Origin: Octopus sinensis
Lineage: Eukaryota
Length of the DNA: 64,000 nt
Direction: 5' to 3'
NCBI RefSeq assembly: GCF_006345805.1
Contig: NC_043008.1
Coordinates: 73,160,001-73,224,000, forward strand
The position numbers and the translations under genes are program-made. Shown piece after piece: positions 1 through 13,258 of the stretch (position 1 is its first letter; each line of letters starts with the position of its first letter). The notes below the pieces were generated by a model that did not search any database, was not told where the DNA came from, and worked only from the letters and a program-made list of their open reading frames with translations.

Positions 1-351
1 ACACAATATGTTGATTCTACATTTAATTTTACTGATTAAACCTGCTTAGTCACTGTTCTGTCACCAAGTACACTGAACTTTTGTTAATTTCATCCAATCC
101 TCTTACAGAAAGTGCAATCAAATCGTGTTACTGTTTCTTTTTTTAATCTCAAACTTTTATATTTAGATTTTATCTATTGTTACTCTTTTTAATATGTTTC
201 TAAAGAGATGGCACTCAAATAAGACTTCTGCATAATTAGAATATAATTATTAGACAATCTGACATAAAAAAAAGTTATATATCTTATACAAAAAAATACA
301 TAGGCACACACAGATACACATATAATCACACAAACATGTGTATGTGTGTGC

Positions 352-395
<44 letters not shown>

Positions 396-949
396 AGATG
401 TGTGCATATATATATGTATGTGTGTGTGTGGGGGGGGCATATATGCACGTGTGTGTATGGCTGTGCATGTATTTATGTATATATGCATATGTATATGTAT
501 TTATGTTTGTGTTAAAGGACAACATAATTTTTACTTGAGTTTTTGTATTTTATTAAGGGTTTTTGCCATAACTCCTTATCAAACCTTTATCATCTGTTAA
601 TTGCTCCAAATTTCAAATCTGGTGATAAAAAATATCAGAGACAGATAGTATATTGATCCCATGGTTCTAGCCTATTATAAAATGGTAATACCCCAATTAA
701 CCAGCTCATTCAGAAGATAAGACTGAAAAGATATGCAAATATGAATAGACCAAGGTAAATATCAGTGATCAATAAAAAGAAAAAGAGTAAAGAAAATTGA
801 AGTCCTGTTTTAGACGGTATGTAGTTTAAAAGGAAAACCTTTAACAGTGCATGCACACACACACACACACACATTGAGCATGGCCAGCTCCTAGAGAGCA
901 GTAAAGATTTGTTTTCCTTCTTGCTAACTAAAACTTTTATCTTTTCTAG

Positions 950-1021
950 GTTTTCTGTATAATTTTGCTAAATTTAAGCTTTGCGCTTATGTTTGGAATT
1001 TGTCATTCTTTCACAGCACCA
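950..1021 (+). CDS. Candidate plus-strand exon
   Basis: Branch-like CTAAC, pyrimidine tract and TTTTCTAG|G acceptor, CCA|GTAAGA donor; two open frames. Conflicts in strand with the minus-strand candidates. Confidence 0.27.
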
Positions 1022-2357
1022 GTAAGAAAGATTAAGTCTACACAACTGGAGTTCCCCAAAAATGTCCAGTCTTAAATTTCTATTAACCAACAAAGATCTA
1101 AGAACTGAATACTGGTAAACACACATCTGCACACAAAAATTCTACACTGTAATTGTTGCTAAGGTGTCAGTTTGCACACAGCCTGTTAAGAATTTCATGT
1201 GTAGTTCCTTCACTAGAAAACTGAATCACTAATACCCAGTTCTGTTACACACCTGAACCACATATTTTTTCCTGAATAGTAATATAAAAATTCACTGATA
1301 ATTCTATAGTGCGTTCCATCAGTTTAATAATTCTATAGCTGCTTTGGTCTAAACATCATCTTTCCTCTGGGTCAACAAGATAGGTTTAGGTATAGTTGGT
1401 ACAAGGAGGACTCTAGGGCCCAGGAAGCTGATACAAAGAGGACTCTACAGCAAGAAAGTATCTATAATTATCTGCTGTGTTCTCACCTTAAAAGTAAAAG
1501 TCCAGCATCCTTGAATTTTCACAGGGCCTCAAAATAGTTTTTCATCACACCCTTGCAAATGATGTGGAGGTCTCTAATAAAAAGAAATTTTTGAAAAGTT
1601 ATGATTACCTTCTCCCCCTCTTCTGAACCGATCTTGTACATATTTGTTTGTTTTGCACTTTGCCCTTAAAATCAATGGAATATGCCTTTTTGGTAAAAAA
1701 AAGAAAATGACTTTTGAGAATTTATGAATTTGTTTGAAAGCCACCTTTGTAAATACTGATTTTCGCCAAGCTTTTTTTGCACTATGCATTTAAAATCTAT
1801 GGGAGAAGCCTTGAAGTTTAAAAAATAATTTTTGGTAATTGGTGTTCACCATTACAATTCCCGATTTCAAACAGAAAATGAAAAGTAATTTAAAAACAAT
1901 AGTGAAATAAAAATAAAAAAATTAACTCCCACCCCACTAAATCCTAAAATTTCAGCATTTTTACAAAATCATATTTTTAAAATAGGGATAGATTAAATCT
2001 GTAATTTGTTTCTGTTTAAAGTTTCTAAGTAATTTTCAGACAAAAAGGTGTATGAGTTAAAGGAGATTTACCTATTGTTTCTAGTACATCCTATGACCAC
2101 CAGGTACCTTCCTCGGTTCTTTGTCACTCAGACATATATTGATACTTTTCAATATTTTTCTCCCCATATGCACATTTTATGGAATGATGATGTGGTGGTC
2201 CATTGCTGGGATTTAAGTAACAATAAAAGATTTTTCAATTTAGATTTTTAACTTCCACACTGCACCAAGTGAGACCGTGTGCATGTGTGTATGTGCGCGT
2301 AAGGAAAACATATTTACTAACAGGAAATTGTGCTAAAACAAATTATATTTTACATAC

Positions 2358-2429
2358 CTTTTGAAATCGCTTTGTTGCCCTAATGAAATTCATTACGCAT
2401 CTGCATGTACATACACTGACAAATACATC
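2358..2429 (-). CDS. Candidate exon (phase 0 to 0)
   Basis: Acceptor TATGCTCACTCAG|G, donor AAG|GTATGT; only open frame is DVFVSVCTCRCVMNFIRATKRFQK. Confidence 0.27.
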
Positions 2430-3034
2430 CTGAGTGAGCATAAACCATATACTTTTATAAAGAGTGAGAGAGAATGTGGTAAATATATAGAGAGGAAGAA
2501 AGTTTACTATGAGAAAAAGGAAAAATGAAAGAGGCAGATAAATATATAGAAAGAAATCTTTTCTGTTACTGTCACAGATTTGGAAATTTTAAAATTAAGT
2601 GAAAATTTTCAAATTAGGAATATCAGTTCATTTATTGTAGAAAAGCTTTAGAAAAATGTTACAGAGGTTGAAAGTTTGATCACTTTTTCCCAATCAGAAA
2701 GCAGGATTTGTACATGATAGCTGTGTATCATAAAATGAAAGTGAACATTAGAGGACAAGGTTTTAAACAAAATGGAAGAAATGTGTGAGAGTCAATACAT
2801 ATACAGAGAGAGATAGAGAGGAAGAGAGAGTGATAAAGTGTGTGATAAATATATTGATGGCAATGATATTTTTATATTATTTACAGACAACATTCTCTTA
2901 GGGATGCAGATTTCAAAAATCAAATTCATTTTTCTTGAGGATGCACAATTTCATAGCCTTTTGGTGCTAAACACACATACATAAACATATACACTTAGAT
3001 TCACATAGTAGATATAGCGTATATATGCACATGT

Positions 3035-3782
3035 GGGGTGGTTGGTGTATGGAAGGTCATCCAGCCATAAAAATCATGAAAAGCAGACACAAAATGTCTG
3101 ATGTAGTTTTCTGCCTGGCCAGCTCTTGTCAAACCATCCAACCTGTGCCAGCACGGAAGGCAGATGTTAAACACTGATGATGACGGTGACGATGATGATA
3201 TATATATATATATATATATATACTTCCCATCAGATGGAAACTAAACTCTGCTTGTGAAGGCCTGTTGAGGCAGGTGAAATCAAAATCAAATTCAATGAAC
3301 ACACCGCATGACTGGCATCCGTGCTAGTGGAGCGCTAAGAGCACCATCCAAGCATGATTGTTGCCAGGGCTGCTGACTGGCTCCCATGCCGGTGGAATGA
3401 AAAGAGTACCATTCGAGCATGATCGTTACCAGCATCGCTTTACTGGCACTTGTGCTGGTGGCACATGAAAAACAACATTCAAGTAAGGTTGTTGCCAGTA
3501 CTGCTGGACTGGCTCCTGTGCAGGTGGCATATAAAAAATACCATTTGAGTGTGGCCATTGCCAGTACCGCCTGACTGGCCTTCATGCCAGTGGCATGTAA
3601 AAGCACCCACTACACTCTCGGAGTGGTTGGTGTTAAGAAGGGTATCCAGCTGTAGAAACTCAGCCAAATCAGATTGGAGCCTGGTGCAGCCATCTGGTTC
3701 ACCAGTCCTCAGTCAAACTGTCCAACCCATGCCAGCATGGAAAGCAGACGTTAAATGATGACGACGAAGATGATGATGATGA

Positions 3783-3785
<3 letters not shown>
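3035..3785 (+). repeat. Two RTE-type 3' tails ending in (GAT)n, the second with several tandem ~60-bp units
   Basis: GGTTGG(T/C)GTTAGGAAGGGCATCCAGC...GTTAAA(T/C)GATGATG motif; units shared with the RTE 3' UTR at 21600-21725. Other copies near 4790-4960, 18645-18835, 32325-32540, 58612-58830 and 63339-63642. Confidence 0.72.
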
Positions 3786-3833
<48 letters not shown>

Positions 3834-5874
3834 TGAGTGGATAAACAAAAGAAAGAGGTATTTAAATCATTCAGTAAGAGTTATATGAATTACGTAAATC
3901 AGTTTGATTCTCACAGGGCTGAAATAAACTGTTTTCAACAACAACGATTTCAAATTTTGGCACAAGGCCAACAATTTAGCAGGAGGGGGTAAGTCAGTTA
4001 CATCAATCCCAGAACTCAACTGGTACTTATTTTGTCAACCAACATACACACATATGCATGAGAGAGAGAATGTGAGTGCATATGCTCACTCACAAGAACA
4101 CACACATGTTTCCGTACGTGTGTGTATCTGCTCACACATATATTAACACATATTTTTTTGTATGAATGTGCATTTATATCTATACATACATACACACACA
4201 TTATATTTCCCTCACGCATATATGTCAGTGAAGATGCACACTCATAGCCACACATATGAGATTACCTATAAATTTCTGTATACAGGCAAACGTATGTATA
4301 TTTCTATTTCTGTATATATTGGCCGTAAATTATGTGAATATGGTAAATACATAGAATTAACTATCAGGCATGGCCATTCTGAAGAGAAGTCTCTGTAACT
4401 TTGCCAAAAGTTCATAAATGATATTTATTAGAGGAATTATATTGAAGCACATTTAAGTAAATGGTCAACGATTGAAGAAATCAAGAAATCCTTGATTCTG
4501 GAAATGGTATTAAATTAGGAATAAATTGTATTGACAATATGGTTTCCTATATATAGTGTGGTAGAGCGGCAAAAGAATAGAGTGTGGTGATGAAATATTT
4601 CATTGTTTACTTATATATTTTTCATTCTCAGTTCACATTCCACTGATGCTACTTCGTTCAGCATATCTTTAGATTTGTTAAAACAGACTCCAGTTATATT
4701 CAGAAGTTCATTGGATTAATTATATATTACAAAACATATATGTATTCATGTATTTATTTAGTCATATATTGTTATCATTATTCAACAGCTGAATTCTATG
4801 CTAGCACAGTTTAAACAGCTTGTCTGGATGAGATAGGTCAGAAGACTGCAGCCAACCCTAATGTCTGTTTTGGTTAGGTTTCTGCAGCTGGATGCCCTTC
4901 ATAATGCTGTAAAGTGTGTAACTGGGTGCTTTTTCCTGTCACTAATACTAGTAATGTCACCATGTCTTGCAATACAAGACTTTTTAACTGGGAGGAGATG
5001 TAGCATTGAAGCAGGTAGCTTTATGCTAGGTGTTTAGAAGCAAGAGTATTATAGGATAGGTACAGGTGTCTAGCTGTAGCCAAGATGCATGGCTATCCCT
5101 GCTGGAAAATGAGAGAAGATGATGGTAATAAGGTACTAGGATGTACCATCAAGTTACAACAGGAGGAATTTTAAGGGACAGGGAGAAGAACAGGTGAGAA
5201 GAATGTGGACAGTGGAGCCAGTAAGTTCAGGCGAGTGTGAGGTGAGCAATTGATCGTTAGAGGTTCAGCTAATGGTGTGAGTGGCAAACACAGTGGAGGG
5301 AAGGACATGGTTAATGGTGAACATCAGTTTCTTTTGGTGAGAAGCTGAAGGAAATAGGAGTGAGTCAGGGGTAAATAGCAGTAGAAAAATGGGCATTTGA
5401 GAGTAGCATTATAAAATTGTATAGACAAGAAATGAGATGATGTGAAGTGTGGTAGAGGGAGGAGTACTCAGTGACAAGGAATGAGATCAGCAGTATGTAG
5501 GATAGAATATAGAGAGTGATGGGCAAGGGGGTACATGGAAAGGTAGCGGAGGCTCAACAGCCAATTTGAGATGGTGTTCACAAATGGTATGGGATAATAT
5601 TGGGAATAGATCTGAAATGGGAAGTGGCTCAAAGGAAAAACTGGTAGCATTGGAATGATAGGGGTTGAAATATGTGCATCTCTGTTATCATATAATTACA
5701 ACAGTTAAGACAGTGCTGCAGTTAGAAGAATGATGGAGGGATGAGTGTAGACAGGATGGTTTGTGGTGATACTGTGAATGCAGAAGCATAAACAAAACTA
5801 TTAGGTCATTAAGAATAAAATGTCCAATTTTGAACTGAAAATTTATTTTAATTTATCTCAACTAAAAGCAATCC

Positions 5875-6585
5875 AGTTAATCAAATTAGGCATCTAAATT
5901 ATCAACACAATTTTGCCATTTTATCGCTAGCTTATTTATGATGGCAGTGAAGAATTCTGGAGAGCAAGAAGTGATGAAATCATGAAAGGCTGTTTTTGCA
6001 TCTTCTTCAGATTTGAAGATTTTATCTTGCAAAAATTAGTCTGATGCCTGGGAAACATGATAGTCAGTTAGTGCAAGGTCTGGTGAATAAAACAGATGAC
6101 AGACTACTTCTAAGTTAGGTTCTTGTAACTAGAGTAGCATTCTTTGTGCAACATCTGGTCAAACATTATCTTGTAAGATAATTGGTCTGTCTCTATTGAC
6201 CAATCTTGGTCGTTTAATTGCAAGTTCACTCATCATTTCATTGAAGTGGTTGATGTATACACCTGCTATAATTTATTTACCAGGTCTCATGAAGCTGGAG
6301 AGGATGATTTACAAGAGAAAACTCACAATATAATTAGACACCATGAATTGCATTTTGAAAAGTGATGATGTAACTCTTTTTAACAACTGTCAAACTTGGT
6401 GCATAAGAAAATTGGACATTTCGTTCTTAATGATCTGATATATGCTTTCAGGCTTCATTTTTACTTAGGTGGACACATCTTCCCAAGCACAGCAAATTGC
6501 CATTCATCTCTGTTGTTTGTCATCTCTTCCATGAGGTGCAATATTCCGAGGTCAAATTTCAGTACATAGAAATAAACATATTCAT
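5875..6585 (-). mobile_element. Highly degenerate mariner fragment
   Basis: YSPDLALTDYHV motif on the minus strand near 6050-6090; no TIRs recognised. Confidence 0.55.
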
Positions 6586-6610
6586 GCATATACTAATGTA
6601 TACATACACT

Positions 6611-6644
<34 letters not shown>

Positions 6645-7053
6645 CATATAACTAAGTATACATTCATTCTGCAAGATTCCTAATGTGAAATCGTGTGTTG
6701 AAACAGATATTTTATTTTATTTTTTTTTGGCCAAATAAACACACGCACTATGTATATATTTTTTTGTCTTCATGTGTTTATTACTGTTCTTATTTGTTTT
6801 ATGTCCATTGTCCGGAAATCTTTTGTCACACATCTGTGACCCCTTCAGCAACACTTTTTGCTTCCATGTGTGTTCTTACTCCACTTACTCCATTCTGTTC
6901 TTATAAGATGTGTATCCTTATGTGTGCATGCATTTGTGTCTTTGTGTGTGTGTGTGTGTGTGATTATTTGGCCAAAAACAAAAAGATAAAACGACCATCC
7001 TGAAACACAACAATAGGTATACATTCGCACATATATATATCTATATATATATA

Positions 7054-7097
<44 letters not shown>

Positions 7098-7280
7098 CAT
7101 ACATATATATATGTTCATAGGCCATATTATGTTGATATGTATTTAAATATTAAAACTGTCAACATTATAACTGACGTAGCTATTTTATATGACAAAAAGC
7201 TGTTTGCTTCTAAATTCCATCAACTGAAAGGTGAACTAAACAGTCTCTAACGAGTCTTCACTAAAATATGAAACAGGTAC

Positions 7281-7556
7281 TCTCTCTTTTACTGGTTTCA
7301 ATCATTTGACTGTGGCCATGCTGGAGCACCGTCTTTAGTCGACTAAATTGACCCCAGGACTTAATCTTTGTAAGCTTAGTACTTATTCTATCGGTCTCTT
7401 TTGCTGAACCACTAAGTTACGGGGACATAAACACACCAGCAGCAGTTGTCGGCCTGAGGCTATAGTAGAAGATACTTGCCCAAGGTGCCATGCAGTGGGA
7501 CTGAACCTAGAACCATGTGGTTGGTAAGCAAGCTACTTATCACACAGCCACTCCTT
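7281..7556 (-). mobile_element. SINE family A, internally deleted
   Basis: Homologous to 46837-47232, lacking the central part. Confidence 0.8.
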
Positions 7557-8166
7557 TGCCTGTTTATTTTATGCTACAAAATTGGTAGTCTTGATGGACT
7601 GTAATATCTAACATACACACAGATGCACATATTCATATACAGACATTCATGTACATATATATGCATACACACACATGCATGCAGACACACACATATATGC
7701 ATACAGATATTCATGTACATACATGCATACACACATACATAAACATACATATGTATATGCATATCTATATGCACATATACACATGCACACACTTATATAC
7801 ACAGAAACAAACATAGGCCCTTGAGCCAGCTAAGGTGCCAAATGATCTGCTCCCAAGTCCATGATCTGCTGTGACAGTGAGGTAAAGATGGCCCACAACT
7901 ATAAACAACAGAAGCAATCCCCAATTTTCATAACACAAATGAGCAGCAACAGTAGCTCAACATACAATTAAGGAAAGGGTGGCAATTGCAAGAAAGAGTT
8001 GTTAAACTGTTAGAAGAACTGCCAAAGTAAAAGAAGAAAGAAACCTCATAAAATAAGAGGCCAATAACTATGCTCTTTCTCAGAATGATAATAATTATGT
8101 TCCTTCTCAGAACAGCAATGATGGCTGATAAAGAGCTTGATGATGTTTTTTTATAATGTCTTTCAA

Positions 8167-8746
8167 ATATTCTTTTCTACTCTTGGCACAAGGCCTGAAC
8201 ATTTTGGGGGCAGGGACCAGTCGATTAGATCGATTCCAGCACACAACTGGTATTTAATTTATTGACCTCAAAAGGATGAAAGGCAAAGTTGACCTTGGTG
8301 GAATTTGAACTCAGAACGTAAAGACCAACAAAATACTGCTAAACATTTTGCCCAGCATGCTAACATTTCTGCCAGCTCGCCACCTTAATGTCCTTAATTG
8401 AACCAGGATCATACTTTTGTAGTACACAATTGTTTGCAGAAAAGTATTGATTAGTGAGAAGAAACTAGGATTGAAATACAGGAGACACTTAAAAGACAGA
8501 GTTTTGATGAGAACAATAGAAGGCATTAATTATTTCTATTCTAGGCACAAGACCTTGAAAATTTTGGGGGAAGGGGGTTAGTCATTATATCGACCCCAGT
8601 GCATAACTGGGACTCATTTGATCGACCTTGAAAGGATGAAAGGCAAAGTCGACTTTGGTGGAATTTGAACTCAGAACGTAGCGGCAGACGAAGTAATGCT
8701 AATCATTTCGCCCAGCATGCTAATGATTCTGCCAGCTTGTTGCCTT
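8167..8746 (-). mobile_element. Two tandem SINE family B copies (8167-8386, 8529-8746)
   Basis: Same head and body as 24481-24710 but a ...GGCCTTGTGCC..AGTAGAAAAGAATAT tail. Confidence 0.8.
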
Positions 8747-10299
8747 CATAGAAGACATTAATAATGAAGTTACTTCTTCTTACCATTTATGGAAGACTTG
8801 GAAAGAACCCTAGTAGATATTTTATGTGAAATTTATTTTATTTGGAAAGGGAGGGCTTACTGCACCATATGAGTCATCTTTAGAATGACTCACCTCAGTC
8901 GAATTGTACATTATATATCTGCCTGAAAACTCGTTCCACAGTATTTGGGAAGGAAGAACACAAAGATTACTATCACAAACATTGTTGACTCTGTAGACCC
9001 ATGACTAGTTGTCCTTTTCATGATACATAATGGGCACGGGGTCAGCACAGACATAATTTTAGGCAACTTGATTTCAGGAATGGGACACCATGAACATACA
9101 AGTTCTCATGACCCAGCAAGACCAGAAAATAATACTAAAACTGAGTCCTCTATTGGAGGAGAAGGACTTAATACCAATCATGCAAAGTAAACAACCCAAT
9201 CACTATACATGTGGCTTTAAAGGTCATTTAAAGGCTTTCTTCAGAGAAATCCTGAAAGAGCAGAAACAACATCAAGAAGATCATGAAAGTTGCTAGTTTT
9301 AACGTAACCCCAGATTCAACTGTGAGTCAGTAAATAAGATAATAAAATTGCTCTATTCTCAGTGCCACGAGCAAACCATGAGAACCATATTTTCCAACAG
9401 CGGAAGAAAAAGGCTGTCACCTAAAGTAACAACAAGAACTAATGACTAGGAAGCATACCTCATAGCAATACCATCCCATTTGTTTATGAGGATAGAGACA
9501 TGACAATGGTTGAAGTGAAGAGAAAAGGCCAGGAAAAAGACCCAATGATAAAGATTTTAAAATATACAATGCAGTAAAGAAGCAAGAGGAGTACACACAC
9601 TTGTGAAGACAAGACAATCTCTGCTGAAGAAGAACTCACCTTATACTGAAGAACCAGCATCCTTATATGAAATGAAATTCACAGCACCTCACTGCACAAA
9701 CAAAACCCAATTACAGCTCTTATACCCAAGGAATTTTTCAGGCTGAGAAGAGCATGAGATCGTGCTTTAAACAGCATAAAAATGACATTTACTAGAACAA
9801 TAGAATAAATTTAGGATAGACATCACAAGTAAATGATCCAGATGATAAAGACCCTTACCTGTCTATCAACTCTGTATGGAAGATTCTGAAATATCCATCT
9901 AAGAACAATACAAGAAAAATTGAGGGAATACTTAGTCAGGAGGGTTTCTCTCATCAATGCAAGTGAACATTTAAATTTTACATAGATGACTTGTTTTAAT
10001 TATTACATTTCATTATGATTGTCTTTTTTATTTATTCCATATAAATATTTGTTTTTCTACAAATTTTTAATTTGTCCCATTATATATTGGATAATGTCTA
10101 TCACCTCACCCCTCATCTCTGAATAACACGTCTGTCCCTCCCCATATACCTTTCTATGACCCTATTTAACGCTTCTTTGTCTTTTCTCTATCTCTTTAAG
10201 CCCTTGTGGTTAATACAGCAGAAACTATTGTTGTTGTTGTTGTTGCTGTTGTTGTTGTTGTTATTGTTATTAATATTGTTATTATTATTATTATTATTA

Positions 10300-10331
<32 letters not shown>

Positions 10332-10376
10332 CAATATATTGATATATATATATATATATGTGTGTGTACTTGGTTG

Positions 10377-10412
<36 letters not shown>

Positions 10413-10865
10413 TACACATATATGAGAATGTGCATATATATATATATCTTAAAGTTCTTTATATAACCAGCTTATTGGCAAAGTGCCCAAATAGTTGGCC
10501 CACAGCCAAGACTGTATTTACCACAGATATATATTCTCCCTCATCAGCCTGTTCTATGCTACGAGGGTGTTGTTAACGCAATTGTTCAATATTTCTAATT
10601 GGATATGAAGTTATCAATCAAGTTGTTTAAAAGCATCGAATTATCAAATATGATTACAATACAAAAATAACCTATACACTGCATTACAGTACACTATATT
10701 ACACTAAAGTACACTACAGAAGTCTACACTGCCTTACACGACAATACATCACATATTACACTCACTATAGTACACAAAACCACACATGCATAACAATATA
10801 TTTCACTAGAATATTGTACACTATATTGCTTCATACTTCATAAACACTGCACTATGAAAAAAAAA

Positions 10866-11150
10866 TGTAACGACCCACCGCCACCATCTTCGGTCATGGA
10901 TGACCATGAGATTGCACCTAGAGGGGGAAAGTCTGTTTATTTGTGAAAGACCAGCTGTCACCCATGCATACCAACCTCCCATCTTCATGCTACCGATGTT
11001 GTCCAAGGGAAAAGCAAAGGCTGATACATTTTCACACTAGTGGTGTCGCAAGTCATTTTCACAGCTAAGTGAACTGGGGCAGCAAGAAAAATAAAGTGTT
11101 TTGCTCAAGAACGCGAAACACAGCCCCGCCTAAGAATCAAACTCACAACC
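10866..11150 (-). mobile_element. SINE family D (tRNA head, TTGAGCAAGACACTTTATTTCAC segment)
   Basis: Homologous to 46570-46812; embedded in a degenerate TACAC/CATTA low-complexity tract (~10670-11480). Confidence 0.65.
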
Positions 11151-11674
11151 ATGCACCTTCACAACTGTACTATACTAGAGTACTTTTAGCTACATTACAT
11201 TTCATTGCTTTATACAACACAATAGTACCCTGCACTATATTACATTATACATCACTATAAAACACTTCACTACTATATTGTGCATTACATTAGATTGCAT
11301 TACAGTACCAGACATTACAGATCAGTTTTATATCATAAAACATCTATCAATGAGATTAATTTATCAAATACGACTTTATGTTATATGGAATTACTATATG
11401 TTATATCACATTAACTATTTACACTCATTTAAGTTAAATAACACAAGATGTACAAGCTGCATACAATAAACAAATATACTCTTTAAATTTAAGCTAAGTA
11501 CATTGCAGCTAAATAAAAGCACATACATAGAGTACAAGTATACTGTAAAAATAGATAATATACTTTGTTAGAGGCAAATGATATACACCATAAGGTCATA
11601 ACTTTGTTGAAGGTCGTAAAGTAAACCTTTATGGAAGCTTGCTGATGTTATAACTTACTTATTTCTAGCTTTTA

Positions 11675-12312
11675 TCTTTTACTTGTTTCAGTCATTAGAC
11701 TGTGGCCATGCTGGAGCACCACCATGAAGAATTTTAGATGAACAAAAATGGACCCCAGTACATATTTTTTTAAGCTTGGTACTTATTCTATCAGTCTGTT
11801 TTGTTGATCCACTAAGTTGCTGGGGACATAAGCATACCAGCACGGGTTGTCATGCAATGTTGGGTGACAAACACAGTCATAAAGACGCACACAGACATTC
11901 ATATATATATATATATATATATGTGTGTAATATATATAGATATATACATACATATCATCATCATCATCATCATCATTGTCATTTAACGTTTACTATCCAT
12001 GCTGGCATGGGTTGGATGGTGTGACTGAGGACTGGCAAGCCAGAAGTTGTACCAGGCTCCAGTCTGATCTGGCAAGCTTTCTAGAGCTGGATGCCCTTCC
12101 TAATGCCAACCACTCTGAGAGTGTAGTGGGTGCTTTTTACGTGACACTGGCACAATATATATATACAACAGGCTTCTTTCAGCTTTTGTCAACTAAATCC
12201 ACCCACATGGCCTGAGGCTATAAAGAAGACACTTGCTCAAGGTGCCATGCAGTGGGACAGACCCTGGAGCTATGTGGCTGGAAAGTAAAGTTACCATACA
12301 GCCATGCCTGCA
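11675..12312 (-). mobile_element. SINE family A with a nested RTE tail (11955-12152)
   Basis: Both SINE halves are recognisable around a (CAT)n-started RTE 3' tail. Confidence 0.75.
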
Positions 12313-12384
12313 CCTAATATTTTAATTTAAATATGAAACTAATAGTAATTATGTATTAATTTATTGAATGCAACAGAATGCATC

Positions 12385-12973
12385 AGGTGCCGGCATAGCA
12401 GTGTGGTAAGAAGCTTTCTTCCCACTCACGTGGTTCCATGTTCAGTCTCACTGCATGGCACCTTAGGCAAGTGTCCTCTACTATAGCCTCAAGCTGACCA
12501 AAGCCTTGTGAGCAGATTAGGTAGATGGAAAATGAAAGAAATTCGTTGCATATGTACACACACACACACACATATATATACACTCTTTTACTTGTTTCAG
12601 TCATTTGACTACGGCCAAGCTGGAGCACCACTTCTGGTCAAGCTAATCGACTTCAAGACTTATTCTTTGTAAGCCTAGTACTTATTCTATCAGTCTCTTT
12701 TGCTGAACAGCTAAGTTATGGGGACGTAAATACTCCACCATTAGTTGTCAAGTGATGTTGGAGGGACAAACACAGACACACAAACATACATATATATATA
12801 TACACATATATACGATGGGCTTCTTTCAGTTTCCGTCAACCAAATCCACTTGCAAGACTTTGTTTGGCCTGAAGCTATAGTAGAAGACACTTGTTCAAGG
12901 TGCCACACAGTGTGAATGAATCCAGAACCATGTGGCTGGTAAGCAAGCTACATAACACAGCCACTCCTGCGCC

Positions 12974-13008
<35 letters not shown>

Positions 13009-13258
13009 TACACACATATATTTATATATACATATATATATATAAATATATATATATGTTTGTGTGTCTGTGTTTGTCTCCCCACCATCGCTTGACAGCC
13101 GACGTTGGTGTGTTTACATGCCCGTGACTTAGCGCTTTGGCATAGGAGACTGCTACAATAAGTACTAAGCTTACAAAGAATAAATCATGGAGTCAATTTG
13201 TTCAACTAAAGTCGGTGCTCCAGCATGGCTGCAGTCAAATGACTGAAACAAATAAAAC
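12385..13258 (+). mobile_element. SINE family A (+) containing a second family A copy in antisense (12583-12972)
   Basis: Head half 12385-12560 and tail half ~13050-13258 flank a complete reverse-orientation copy inserted in the internal microsatellite. Confidence 0.8.

Noticed and set aside
189-600. ORFs rich in H/T/Y/I/C/V here and at 48.2-50.4, 56.2-57.6, 59.0-59.7 and 61.2-62.2 kb
   Set aside because: They are translations of TA/CA/TG microsatellites, not genes.
8880-9900. Purine-rich stretch with short ORFs, possibly a decayed retroelement
   Set aside because: No recognisable motif in any frame.
10156-10466. Poly-L/Y and poly-V/I ORFs
   Set aside because: Translations of (TTG)n, (TTA)n and (TA)n repeats.
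10500-10560. Minus-strand CTGATGAGGG... as a fourth hammerhead
   Set aside because: No convincing helix II complement or GAAA; too decayed to support.
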